The position numbers and the translations under genes are program-made. Shown in pieces: positions 52,871 through 52,991 of a DNA stretch of 52,991 bases. The notes below the pieces were generated by a model. The model searched no databases, was not told the origin of the DNA, and saw only the letters and a program-made list of their open reading frames with translations. How positions within the stretch are numbered: position 1 is the stretch's first letter; each line of letters opens with the position of its first letter. Source of the stretch: Girardia tigrina (lineage: Eukaryota); contig MQRK01244657.1 of NCBI GenBank assembly GCA_001938485.1, forward strand, positions 53,752 to 106,742, read 5' to 3'.

Positions 52871-52991
52871 AGTAGGGAGAAAATGGGCATTCGGCCTACA
52901 CCCCCCCCCACCTAGCCGTAACCATGGCAACGGTATAGGTTATCGTGGTTACCATGGCAACCGTCGCGATTACCTTAGCAACGGTCGCGGT
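52871..52991. mobile_element. left terminus of a second Polinton-like element (runs off the window)
   Basis: AGTAGGGAGAAAATG...C-run, then CCATGGCAAC repeats; same architecture as 11847. Confidence 0.7.

Overview
AT-rich eukaryotic (invertebrate animal) genomic DNA with assembly gaps. The very short introns and the transposon mix suggest a flatworm such as a planarian, but this is inference. I reconstructed two spliced host genes by hand, both on the + strand. The first is the 3' part of an UNC5 netrin receptor (ZU5 end, UPA and death domain; 6709-13413). The second is an apparently complete, divergent TFIIIC subunit GTF3C4/TFIIIC90 (8 exons, 24026-47376, ~735 aa). Introns and intergenic DNA are packed with mostly decayed mobile elements: mellifera- and cecropia-type mariners (one Famar1/Ammar1-like), Tc1 and rosa-like elements, hAT elements, MITEs, Ty3/gypsy, RTE LINEs, and Penelope-like elements with a hammerhead ribozyme. 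Two observations stand out. (1) An 809-bp non-autonomous Polinton/Maverick-like element (AGT termini, 6-bp TSD) carries arrays of RFX X-box motifs at both ends, and a related terminus starts at the window end. (2) Between the two genes lies a mosaic of host-gene fragments: a Nup214 propeller, and ubiquitin fused directly to an importin N-terminal fragment. All family assignments come from motif recognition, not database searches.
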